DNA of 63,665 nucleotides, filler included, from Octopus bimaculoides (taxonomy: Eukaryota): the NCBI RefSeq assembly GCF_001194135.2. It is 4 parts of 4 records of this genome, joined end to end, with 100 filler letters (N's around TTAATTAATTAA, not from the genome) between each part and the next. Parts side by side here need not be neighbours in the genome. Positions count along the whole stretch, not along the records: positions 30,124 to 48,365 come from NC_068989.1; positions 48,466 to 56,447 come from NC_068985.1; 2 more parts are not named here. One strand, 5' to 3'. The notes beneath the pieces are model-generated. The model saw nothing but the letters and a program-made list of their open reading frames with translations, was not told where the DNA came from and did no database searches. A program made the translations under genes and the position numbers. Position 1 is the stretch's first letter. Every line of letters starts with the position of its first letter. This document shows, piece after piece, positions 38,633 to 49,919 of this stretch.

Positions 38633-39482
38633 CTTACATTTCAGAATATTAAAAGTAATTCTATCTTTGAATTTACAGTTCAGCTTATTTATTTCTCAAA
38701 TAAATTCAGATCGCATCACCTTATCATTTTTAGATGTGGATGGTGGAATAACGGGGGAAAAAAACTAAAATCTCTTACGCACAGAAGTATATACGAAAAA
38801 GTACTGAAAATATATATATGTCTGCACGAAGATAGTGATTGTCTCCATAGATAAGATATAAACGTTACTAGTTAAATTTTTTCAGAGACGAGGTTGGCCA
38901 CGTTGTTCTGGGTTTATTCCTACTGCACAACACTTTGAGCGAGTGTTTTCTACTACAGTCCTGCCCGATCAATGCCGTGCGATTGAATTTAGTAGATGGA
39001 AACCTGTCCTGTATATATTATTAATGTCTGTGTGTGTGTGCGCATGAATTCTTTTGTATGTGCATTGTCTCTGAGTCTGCGTTTGTCCCCACCACCACAA
39101 CCTCGATTTCTTCAGCTACGATCCTCGAACGTGGTGTCACAGCATTGCTGCAGTCCATTGACTGAAACTAGAGAACGATAAAGGAAAGAAACGGAAAATT
39201 GAATAAGGCGGTCATGAGTTAAACAACCATTAATTAATTGCGGATACTCGAAGAATTTAGATGATCAAGCTCTAAAAGAATACATCAACAAATCCTGTCA
39301 CTCAGATACAGCTGATGCAACATTCAATAAAACCCCACAAACTTCATTCATGTTTTGTAGCCTGTAATAAACCAGATTCACCCAAACTATAGAATGAGTA
39401 AAAGTTTCTGCCGCAACCAGTCATTGAAGGATGACGGGAATATAAGAGAGGCGTGTCAGTTCGCAGTGTTTATCTTCTCAGT

Positions 39483-39534
39483 CACTGCTGCTGAAGAAGA
39501 AGTAACCACTCTGAAATGCATGCATCCAACAGTG
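39483..39534 (+). ncRNA. Type-I hammerhead ribozyme, intact core
   Basis: CACUGCUG-CUGAAGA-AGAAGU aacc ACUCU-GAAA-UGCAUGCA-UC-CAACAGUG; stem I 7/8 paired, palindromic stem III, predicted cleavage after 39526. Confidence 0.8.
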
Positions 39535-39786
39535 TTTGTGGGGAGTGCTATGAACTGACTCGATTTTCTTCGACAAAATACGGTAGATAGTTTTCTTATG
39601 AGTTCGAATATGCTTCAAGCATATTTGAACTAGTAGCAAGTTTGTATTTACACATATCACTGCTGATGCTGAGCGCTGTTATCCCGTATTTTATTTACGG
39701 CTAACCGCTAAATAGCGCAACCGTCATTGAACTATGACAGGAATATTGTAAAAAGGACCTCTTCTCTCTCTTTCTCTCTCTCTCTT

Positions 39787-39822
<36 letters not shown>

Positions 39823-39850
39823 GTTTGCAGCGTCTGCCTTTCCACTCTCC

Positions 39851-39894
39851 GTTACTGAAGAAAAGGTAACCATTCTGAAATGCTCGCATCCGAC
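39851..39894 (+). ncRNA. Second, partly decayed copy of the same hammerhead
   Basis: GUUA-CUGAAGA-AAAGGUAACCAUUCU-GAAA-UGCUCGCA-UC-CGAC; cleavage-site C at 39890. Confidence 0.6.
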
Positions 39895-40157
39895 ATATTG
39901 GGTTAAAAGGTTATAGTACAAAAAGAAAAAAAAAAGACTAGGATGAAAAATCTAAAAGGACGTGGAGGCACAATTATGCAACATATGACACTTACTCATC
40001 GGTTGGCCGTGCATTGAATATAAGGGGCAATAATAGCCCATTAGCAGGTGGGATACGAGCAGAAATAGAAAACATAACAGCAATATTAGTTATGTTTTCT
40101 AGTCATCTGAAGTAAAAAAAGAATATACACTCTAGTGATTTAATATAATTGATTACT

Positions 40158-40371
40158 AAGGCGGCGAGTTGGTAGAAACGTTAGCACGCTGGGCGAAATA
40201 TTTAGCGGTATTTCGTCTGTCTTTATGTTCTGAGTTCAAATTCCGCCGAGGTCGACTTTGCCTTTCATCCTTTCGGAGTCGATAAATTAAGTGTCAGTTG
40301 CGTACTGGGTTCGATCTAATCGACTGGCTCCCTCCCCCAAAATTTCGGGCCTTATGCCTAGAGGAGAAAAG
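40158..40371 (+). mobile_element. SINE F3, full length, 16-bp perfect TSD
   Basis: TSD AATATAATTGATTACT at 40142-40157 and 40372-40387; the central GTCGACTTTGCCTTTCATCCTTTCGG...GATAAATTAAG block resembles the MetaSINE-type domain (from memory). Confidence 0.93.
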
Positions 40372-41135
40372 AATATAATTGATTACTGTCCGTTAATTAC
40401 TAAATACCTATTACCAAGGACCCCGCCCCAGCATTCTCAAATGTCCATTTTGTAATTACAGTTAACGACATACAAATAATAATTCATGCTAGGGAGTCGA
40501 TTCTCTTGCAAAACCATAAAATAGATGTTTTTGATGTAAGCACAGCAGACAGAAATTCCGTGGAGATTTCAGACTTAACTGGATTTCACAATCTTGGTTA
40601 AAAGTCTTGATACAAACATGAAATGTAGTATTCTTGTATGTATGTATGTGTTAATATAAAGATAAAGACTAATTAGCTACTAGATATTTGTAAGCAACAA
40701 AGTTAACTCATTTTATGTTACGTATTATAAAGTATGAATGACGAAATGTTTCATAATATTCTCTTTCTGATAATGCAAGGTACATCAATGTTTTATAAAT
40801 CTATGGAATTGTCATCTGAAAAAGGGTCTTCTGTTGATGCTTTATGTGATAATGGACTTGTGCTTAGGAAACTATCAACTCAGCTAAATCTATCTGCAGG
40901 CAATATCTAGAAAAGCTTTGTCTTAATTTGGTCAGACAAGTGAAAACAAGTCACTTAACAGATCAAGCAGATATCGTGTCATAACATTCCAGGCCGATCG
41001 AATGTCATCTTCTTCGTGTTGTATTCTCATTTATATCTAGCAATGCCATACAGTCACAGTTGTCAGCGAGAGTAAAATGCAACACTAAAGCAATAAGATT
41101 TTGACTGCTCAAAGACTTTGGTCCAATTGCGTGAA

Positions 41136-41403
41136 CTGACACTCCGTCGCTTAGGACGACAAGGGTTCCAGTTGATTCGATCAAAGGAACAGCTCCACAG
41201 ACACGCGTACACCTTCACATACTTCTAATGGAGATTCAGCATGACACAGAGTGTAACAAGGCTGGTCCATTGAAATACATGTACTACTCATTTTTGCCAG
41301 CTGAATGAACGGGAGCTACGTAAAATAACACGCCGCCGGGAATCGAACTCCTGACCCTACGATCGCGTGCCTAATACCCTAACCACTAAGCCACGCCCTT
41401 CAC
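41136..41403 (-). mobile_element. SINE F2 variant
   Basis: Reverse complement of the F2 tail (CACTCCGTCG...GGGTTCCAGTTGAT) and a tRNA-like head at about 41335-41400. Confidence 0.75.
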
Positions 41404-41406
41404 AAG

Positions 41407-41545
41407 TTACATGACACCAAACAAAAACTCCAAGGCAATCAAAGAACTGCCCACGACTGTTAGTAATTTTGCAGGGATCATGAAAGTTATTCCAATGAAA
41501 ACTGACTTAAAATATCCAAAAGCCATTTTACATCTATTTTTTATT
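41407..41545 (-). mobile_element. Possible RTE post-RT fragment
   Basis: KMAFGYFKSVF...AKLLTVVGSSLIALEFLFG resembles A.AFG.L...VW...KL.VY...V...LLYG. Confidence 0.35.
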
Positions 41546-41736
41546 TTGTTCGCCTTCCATCGAACACAAGATACAGCCCCAGGTTCACACTTGTGAAAGT
41601 CCAGCAACTATCATCCATTATGATATGGATGGAATAAGTACTAGGCTTACAAAGAATAAGTCCTGAGTTCGATTTGATAAAGGCAGTGCTCCAGCATGGC
41701 CGCAGTCAAATGACTGAAACAAGTAANNNNNNNNNN

Positions 41737-41778
<42 letters not shown>

Positions 41779-42825
41779 AACAGTTTTACTAGGAAATACA
41801 TTCAAGGCTGCATCATCTATTGTGTATAAACTTATACAGTCACACTGTAGCTAATAAGCTCAGAGCGTTATTTTGACAGAGATATCCTGTCAAAGAAAGT
41901 TTTGTAATACTTGCTACTTGTTATCTTTCCTCACAGGCACCAGAAACCTGTCATGCTATACATTGAAGCTTTGACTTAGTATCCAATCCAAATTATTAAA
42001 TATTTCTAAAGAACTTCGTCTTACTCACTAGCTTTTCTTTTTTGTACATAAAGACGTTTGTTTTCTGTCACTTTCGGATCAGTGCTTAAATTTTATCGCA
42101 GAGATTACACATACACACACACACATATACGCACGTACTTACGCGCATCGAATTATGACACGCATTATATTAGGTTTGCGGTTTTCAATGCTGTCTGGAG
42201 TTTTGGATCTCATTTTTTTTCTTCTTTGTATGTTTTGGTATGAAGGAACAATGATAAAATGAATACGGACACTGCATTACTTAAGAAATTTTTACCTATT
42301 CACGAATACCCTGTTGTCTGCAAATGAAGAGCTTATGCGAATATGTAGCGTTTCATTAGATATATTCTCTGATTGGCTGCATGTGATTGTAAAGCATTAT
42401 TCATATTTCTCACCGGGATGGAAATATCGGAATTAATAATAAAACGCTATCAACATAAATGCATATGGATACTTAGAAATTTTGTATTTATTTACTTGGC
42501 GTATTTACTTGTCTGTCTAGATTATATATTAATAAACAAAACATGATATATAATTTGAAGATACCACTTCTCTCATAATAAGTTTGATTTAAATTTTAAG
42601 AAACATTAGGTTAGTTTTGAAAACGAAGGTTAAATGCTCCCTTTTTTAAATCAACGTATACAGTAAAAAGATCTTGATAACTGTGAAAAGACAGTTATTT
42701 TAAAATTTTGTAATAGATTTATTCAAATACCAAACCGGTTTCAACAATTTTTTGCCTATCAATGGTACAAATGAATAAATTTACAAGGGGAAATTCGGAA
42801 AAACATGTTTAAACGATCAAATTTG

Positions 42826-42996
42826 TTCCCCACCATCGCTTGACAACTGATGTTGGCGTATTTACGTCCACGGTTCAGCAAAAGGGCTGATAGAATAAGT
42901 ACTAGGCTTACAAAGAATAAGTCCTGGGGTCGATTTGTTCAATTAAAGGTGGTGCTCCAGCATGGCCGCAGTGAAATAACTGAAACAAGTAAAAGA
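42826..42996 (+). mobile_element. SINE F1 3' half
   Basis: CATCGCTTGACAACTGATG...CATGGCCGCAGTGAAATAACTGAAACAAGTAAAAGA. Confidence 0.88.
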
Positions 42997-43022
42997 GGAC
43001 ATATGGTTGTAGAGGCGTTGCT

Positions 43023-43385
43023 TCAAGGCAGCTCCGGCGGAACCGATGTATCACCGAACTTGAGTGTTGGTTGTGGTGCCATCTTTGGTATTTCTTCTGT
43101 TGGTTCCAAGACTGTTGTTGTTGCTGTTGTTGCTGATGCTCTTGCTGAAGCTGCTGTCAGTCCTGTTATAACAGGGCGCGGGTCCGGTGATTCCGCTGCC
43201 GTTGTTGCAGTAGTCATCTCCGGTCGCAGTGTTGGTGTTGTTGCTGGTGGTGTTGGAGCTGCCTTCGGTGTTATATCTAGGTGTGAATCGGATAGTTCCG
43301 CTGCCGTTGGCGTAGCGGTCATCTCCAAACGTAACGCTGGTGTTGGCGCTGCACTCGTAATTGTCAGTATTAGTGTTTTTGCCGC
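43023..43385 (-). other. Isolated Pro/Thr/Ala-rich open frame with internal duplication (orphan ORF or TE-ORF fragment)
   Basis: AAPTPALRLEMTATPTAAELSD / PATTPTLRPEMTTATTAAESPD; GC-rich island; two minus frames and one plus frame are open. Confidence 0.35.
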
Positions 43386-43542
43386 TTAATGCATTGCTGT
43401 CGCTGTTGTCTAAGAGGCTAAGTGCCTTATAGATGCGAAACCATCGATCACTCTATGACCAGCCATATAATTAATTTCATGTATATATATATCTACATAT
43501 GTGTGTGTGTGTGTGTGTGTGTGCATGTGTGTGTGTATTATT

Positions 43543-43965
43543 TTATTCTTTTTCTTGTTTCAACCATATGACTGGTGTACCACCTTAAATGCTTTTAGTG
43601 GAAGCGATCGAACCCAGGACTTATACTTATCAGGCCTAGTATTTATTTTATCGGTCTCTATTGCTGAGCCGCTAAGTTACGGGGACACAAGCACACCAGC
43701 ATTGGTTGTCAAGCGATGGCAGGGGGGCAAACACAGATACAGACACACGCATATATACATACATACATAATATATTTGCGTGTGTGTGTATGTGCGTGTA
43801 TATATATATATATGTGTGTGCGTGTGTGTGTGTATACTTAAACGACGGGATTCTTTCGGTTGCCGTCTACCAAATCCACTCCCAAGGCTTTTGTCAGTTC
43901 GAGGTTATAATAGAAGACACTTATCCAAGGTGCCACGCAGTGGAACTGAACCCGAGACCACATTA
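43543..43965 (-). mobile_element. SINE F1
   Basis: F1 tail, body, microsatellite and head motifs. Confidence 0.88.
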
Positions 43966-43966
43966 T

Positions 43967-44010
<44 letters not shown>

Positions 44011-44487
44011 CATATGCTTTATTCTTGTCATCCATTATTTTATTTCATTTTTGCACGTGGGTTATGCCGAATTATAAAAAAATCACACTTTTACTAATAA
44101 ACATCTATAGATTTAATTTTAACTGATTAAATAACATGAAATATATACTTATAGTCTAAATTACATATCCTTTCCAATAATGTCCTATTAAATTATTGAG
44201 GCAATATTTGAAGTTGCTAGTTTTATGCATTCTAGACAAGTAAACTTGCCTGGTAGTGCTAACCTATCTCTCAGCTGGCAGGATTTGAACACAGCGCTTC
44301 AGGCAACACACAAGTTTTATTTTGTTATTCAATCAGCTCATTTCACTCAAACAGTTAATACAGTTGGCAATAAACTATCAAAGAAAAGCCCCCCTAGCTA
44401 AATGCGACATCAGCTGCCTTTCAATCACTGTTTAATTGTATCACTTAGGTGTCCGGTTTTTACTTAACCTGTGGTACCAGTGGATAT

Positions 44488-44531
44488 ATGCTACTGACGA
44501 AGCTCAAAGAAGCAGAAATACGTATTAAGCA
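44488..44531 (+). ncRNA. Degenerate hammerhead-like motif
   Basis: CUGACGA-A-GCU caaaga AGC-A-GAAA-UACGUA; stem I poor. Confidence 0.35.
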
Positions 44532-44859
44532 ATGCCGCCTCTGCTGCTCGGTGATTTTCGCCTGGTGTTTATATATTTCTGTGTTTTTCAACACTCTACG
44601 TCTATAAAACAAGAACCGAAGTTTAGCACGCTTTCAACAACGTATCAGCTGCAAGCATAGTTTATAGATTGCTATTAAAATTATATATTTCCTCTATGCT
44701 ATTTATCAGTTTGTGTATACCGCATACAGTGCCTGCAGTTCTTCCACGTAAAGCCTGCATCTAATTCCGATAAGTGAATATAGTCCATTAGATGTATGCG
44801 CCTTTGCTAGCAATATGCTAGCCGCTGGCATTCTTTTTTGTAGGCTGATAATCAATCAG

Positions 44860-45680
44860 CTTGATTAGTTGTGACTCTGCTGTTAGCAGGTGGTCTGTTA
44901 TAACAAAATTATTTGAAATAGCATCCAAAGAGAATTTAAGGTTAGCTGTTTAAATGAATCGTTTCTGCTACTTCAAGCAAATAGGTTAATATTAGTGATC
45001 TTTGCCGTTCTTAAATTCACAAAACACTACTTTAACTATACTATTGCACAGATTATATTAGAAACATTTTCCGATGATATTCGGGTAGGAGGTTTTCTCG
45101 AGAAATGTATCCTGCATAGTTGTTCTCATGGTGCAAAGACAAAGCTCGTATTTTTGCTTATATTCTTTTAGTATTTGTTTGTCATCGATATATTTTCGTT
45201 TCGCCAAAAGAAGAGTCGAAACACTGTAAAGGTTCATTCCAAAGTCATGATCATTATGATATCCTACTTTCCTTTTTTTATATAGTAACTGCTTAGCTAT
45301 TTTAATTAAAGCTCTAAGGCAAATAGCAACTAACTTGGTTACGAATATGGTCCTGAAATATAAAACATTTCCGTCGATTTATACACGCGAAATTAAGATT
45401 CTATAGATGTTAGCCTACACAATGTAATTGAGAGCTATAAACACTTCGCGCTAACATGCAACATTTTTTGCAGACAGAAACAGAAGGATGACCTGGATTA
45501 GTTTCCATCATACGTTGAGATTTCATCAGTTATCGAGTTTCCCTTTAATTGTTAATGGAGACACGCCTTCTAAACTCACTATTAATATAGACTTAAATAA
45601 ATCGGAGACGCTGATTGGAATTTATGACTCATTTTCGACAGCTGCTTCGATTGATAAATCACTGTCAATTTAACAGTGTG
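44860..45680 (-). mobile_element. Decayed PLE 5' region (pLTR with HHR-like motif at 45496-45529, then ORF N-terminus)
   Basis: Minus KITNINLFA*SSRNDSFKQLTLKFSLD (cf. I.NLS...L.LGLKF); CUGAUGA-A-AUC...GAU-G-GAAACUAAUC. Confidence 0.4.
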
Positions 45681-45749
45681 TTGTTTTTCATGTTCACATG
45701 TACTAATATGCGAGCATATGTGACTACGTTGATGAGAACATTTATGTAA

Positions 45750-46135
45750 AGCGGTGAGCTGGCAGAAACGTTAGCACGCCGGGCGAAATGATTAGCGGTA
45801 TCTCGTCTGCGTTACGTTCTGTGTTCAAATTCCGCCGAGATCGACTTTGCATTTCATCCTTTCAGGGTCGATAAATTAAGTACCAGTTACGCACTGGGGT
45901 CGATGTAATAGGCTTAATCCCTTTGTCTGTCCTTGTTTGTCTCCTCTATGTTTAACCCCTTGTGGGCAATAAAGAAATAAGGAACGTTAGCACGCCGGGT
46001 GAAATGCTTAGCGATATTTCGTCTGTCTTTACGTTCTGAGCTCAAATTCCGCCAAGGTCGACTTTGCCTTTCATCCTTTAAGGGTCGATAAATTAAGTAT
46101 CAGTTGCGTACTGGAGTCGATCTAATCGACTAGCC
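45750..46135 (+). mobile_element. SINE F3 subtype with LINE-type tail (45750-45979) followed by a 5'-truncated standard F3
   Basis: First copy ends CCCCTTGTGGGCAATAAAGAAATA; second starts AACGTTAGCACGCCGGG. Confidence 0.88.
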
Positions 46136-46321
46136 NNNNNNNNNNNNNNNNNNNNNNNNNNNNNNNNNNNNNNNNNNNNNNNNNNNNNNNNNNNNNNNNN
46201 NNNNNNNNNNNNNNNNNNNNNNNNNNNNNNNNNNNNNNNNNNNNNNNNNNNNNNNNNNNNNNNNNNNNNNNNNNNNNNNNNNNNNNNNNNNNNNNNNNNN
46301 NNNNNNNNNNNNNNNNNNNNN

Positions 46322-47160
46322 TAATAGGGTAAAAAATTTGATATTAGTTAATATCAATTTAATACCAGGAAACCAGCACATTAAAAGAATCAGAAGATAG
46401 ATTCAGAAAAATATTTTCTGAGATCTCAAAAGGATTATTGTATATGTATATATAAAAGAGACTACTAATTGGACTGCTAATGTGCTAGAAGAAGATCACC
46501 GAAAAGTTCTCAAAGAAAAAATTTAGCGAAGCAAAAACATACGGCGAGACTAGTGAAATTATTTCTTTGAGAATTTTTAAGTGATCTTCTTCTAGCACAT
46601 TAGCAGTCCACTTAGTGGTCTCTTTTATATATACATATACAATAATCCTTTTGAGATCTTAGAAATTTTTTTTCTGAATCTTCTGATTCTTTTAATGTGC
46701 TGGTTTCCTGGGTTTTAAATTGATATTAATTAATATCAAATGTTTTACCCTATTATTTTAATTAACCATAATCACGTTCTCAAAGTTGGTAAATTCGATG
46801 CAGAAATTATCTTCTGCAGAGATATTTCCGGATTTAGCGCGCCAAAACTAAGACTTTTGGATATTACTCTATATAATTAATAGAACCATGTGCTCGTTTT
46901 TCACTTGCTGGGAACAGCTAGTACACGATTCTGTGAATTATATCTCTATGGCAGTCTGTACTGAGGAGAAACAGATATTTTCGGTAAGAAAGTATTGATT
47001 TCGAAACCATGGTCTACAGATAACCTTATATTTATTTCTATAAAGTCTCGCCCGTAAGTTTTTGCTTCGCTAAATTTTTTCTTAGAGATTTTTTCGGTGA
47101 TCTTCTAGCTCATTAGCAGTCTACTTAGTGGTCTCTTTTATATAAATATATGTATATATA
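46322..47160. mobile_element. HHR-bearing ~516-bp repeat family (locus 2): ~195-bp-arm palindrome plus tandem unit
   Basis: Arms 46322-46518 and 46562-46755; GTGATCTTCT...TTAGTGGTCTCTTTTATAT recurs at 46581 and 47097. Confidence 0.88.
46955..47020 (+). ncRNA. Canonical type-I hammerhead ribozyme
   Basis: UCUGUA-CUGAGGA-GAAA[ca GAUAUUUUC gguaa GAAAGUAUU ga]UUUC-GAAA-CCAUGG-UC-UACAGA: perfect 6-bp stem I, G-C closing pair of stem II, GUC cleavage after 47014. Confidence 0.88.
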
Positions 47161-47185
47161 TATAAACACGTTTATTTATGTAAAT

Positions 47186-47239
<54 letters not shown>

Positions 47240-47587
47240 ACATATATACATGCATGTGTGTGTGTAAGCTTTTATATCTCACTTAACACGGATAGTTTGT
47301 TAGAACACCAATTACTGTGTAATTAGCCTTCAGAAATCCTCTCATATAGGTGCTGGATGCATAATAAGCAGACACATTTATCGTAGCAAATGAGAATATT
47401 AGCCAGGTAGATATGTATAATCGTATGGGGGAAAAAATCTTATACAGAGAACCTTCGATTTTGATAAAAAAATAAGGTGTTAATATATTTTATAATACAG
47501 CATAACACTGAAATAAAAATCTGCAAATCCACTATATTTAACAATATTTAAATATATGATTTGTATTTAAATAGATATGTATATTGT

Positions 47588-47805
47588 TTTATTCTTGCTT
47601 GTTAGTCATTTGATGGCGGCTATTCTGGAGCACCGCTTTAAAGAGTTGAAGAAATCAACCTCCGGACGTATTCTTTGTAAGCCTAGTACTTATTCTTTTG
47701 GTCTGTTTTGCCGAACTGATAGATTACGGGAATGCAAACTCACCACCTTCGGTTGTCAAGCGAATGTGGAGAGACAAATACAGACACAAAGGCACACGCA
47801 CAGAG

Positions 47806-47843
<38 letters not shown>

Positions 47844-47998
47844 GACAGGCTTCTTTCAGCTTCCTTCTACTCACAAAGCTTTGGTTAAACCGAAGGTATA
47901 GTAGAAGACATTTTCCCAATGTGCCCCGCAGTGGGACTGAACCCGGAACCATGTAGTTGGGAAGCAAATTTCTTACCGCACAGTCACGCCTGCGCCTA
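47588..47998 (-). mobile_element. SINE F1
   Basis: F1 tail, body and head motifs. Confidence 0.88.
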
Positions 47999-48202
47999 TA
48001 CATGTGTATAGATATGGTTAGTGCGTGTGTGAGTGATCGTATCCATGTATGTGTGTATGAATATGTGCATGTTAGTGTGTGTGCATGGGTATATATATAT
48101 ATATATATATATGGGAGAATATACAAATAATAACAACAGACGAGGACAGGTGGTGTAAATAACAAAAGTATATATTAGTATGACGCTCGGGAATACGGAA
48201 AG

Positions 48203-48239
48203 TCTTTGACATTTCGAGCTACGCTCTTCAACAGAAAGA
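48203..48239 (-). ncRNA. Minimal hammerhead-like motif (core CUGUUGA) in PLE pLTR fragment (about 48113-48365)
   Basis: Minus UCUUU-CUGUUGA-A-GAGC gua GCUC-GAAAU-GUC-AAAGA; flank homologous to 15150-15240. Confidence 0.6.
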
Positions 48240-48365
48240 ATACGGAGACAAGGAGAAAAACACGGAGAAAAAAAATTGAATAGTGTTCAGTCAACGGTCA
48301 ATCATAATAAAGGCCGATCATAACAATGGCTGACAGGAAGTTAGAAATTCTTTTTTCAGGAGAGC

Positions 48366-48465
48366 NNNNNNNNNNNNNNNNNNNNNNNNNNNNNNNNNNN
48401 NNNNNNNNNTTAATTAATTAANNNNNNNNNNNNNNNNNNNNNNNNNNNNNNNNNNNNNNNNNNNN
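48366..48465. other. Artificial scaffold spacer
   Basis: 44 N + TTAATTAATTAA + 44 N. Confidence 0.92.
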
Positions 48466-48531
48466 TTATATATATATATATATATATATACATAGGTATA
48501 TGTACGTGTATCTATGTATCCATCGATCTAT

Positions 48532-48608
<77 letters not shown>

Positions 48609-49919
48609 GATAATTTTGGCAATGAAAGTGTTGCCTCTGAAACTGTCATTGTTTCGTTCATTTGTTTATTTTTGCTGCAGACGTATTGTTGTTCTAGATT
48701 TTTTTTTTCTCTGTTGAATATTCTACTGTAAATTCCCGAGACGCACACAGAGCAGCAAGAATCCAAGTAGTTCGTATCTATTCATTTTGAATAATTTCTA
48801 ACATATTTGAACGTTTATGCCTGATCACAGTTTTTAATTCGTCATCGGAAGTCATCTCCTCCCCTTAGACTCTGAGTGTTCATAACATTTGATACGGTAT
48901 AGTGTTTCAATCTTATAGGTGTCTCTCCTTAGTCGAAGCTAACCCACAGAAATGAATCTAAAAGGAGTACAAACTCTTGAGTATAGAAATCTGCAAAAAT
49001 ATGATATGCTGATGGATGCTGATCGTTGGTGTCTGTTACACCGATAATAATAACGAGGTGCATGCAGAACAGCGAGAATCCAATTAACACTCTAACTAAC
49101 CGCTTTTACTACGTTCTGTTAGATTCGAACGTGAATATCTATTTGCTGTTGGTTTTCTTCGTCAGTGTATATCACCTCTGTTTAAAAGACTTGTGATTAT
49201 AACATATTGGATTCATTTTTGTAAGGGTAATTTGAGACACTACAATGTTTCGATCTTATTGTGTGTATCCTCAGTTAAAGCCTACCCGGACCTATGTATC
49301 TGACAAGAGTAGAGGCGTTATTTATAGAAATCATCAAGCAAGTTATAAGGCAAATAGATAATTCATTACGTGCGCACAGTTTTTATGAAATGCAGAGAAC
49401 ATTCAATTAGTATTTCGTAAACGAAGAGTAGAAATGTCAACGTGTATTGAATACCATATTTTATGTCGCTGTTATTGTTGTAATTGTTGCGTAACTTCAA
49501 CTAATTAGAATAATGACTAATAGTATTCCAGCCGCGACCATGAAGTTTTCTTTTTCTAGATCACTGTATCATGGATGAGACTAGCCTAGATATATTGTGT
49601 ATGTCATTAGAATAGAACTCCAGAGTAGTTGATACTGCATATCATAGAAGGTATTATAATTGTTACTAAACAAAGATTTTTCTCTCTATTTGCCTTGATG
49701 ATGGATCATCCATCAATTTCGTTAATGACTTTTAGGTTGTTCGATCAACAGAAATATCGATCTGTGTAATTAATATGTAAGTAACTAAGTATTCCTCAGA
49801 TTTCTGCACTTCTTATAGAGTAGTATTAACTGGGCAGAATGACAAGTCCCTTAACCCCTTAAGGGTTGTTGGGGCGCTACAGTAATGCAGCGTATCTAGG
49901 GTGCGAAAGCCGGGCAGAG

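Noticed and set aside
39250-39430. Possible GIY-YIG remnant upstream of the tandem HHRs (IHQQILSLRY)
   Set aside because: Too short and interrupted to support without a profile search
40800-41010. Possible RTE endonuclease start on the minus strand (WNVMT...DIAC)
   Set aside because: Only two short motifs among many stops; order inconsistent with the neighbouring RTE fragment
49235-49280. Minus-strand CTGAGGA...GAAACATTGTA
   Set aside because: No stem I and no closing pair for stem II
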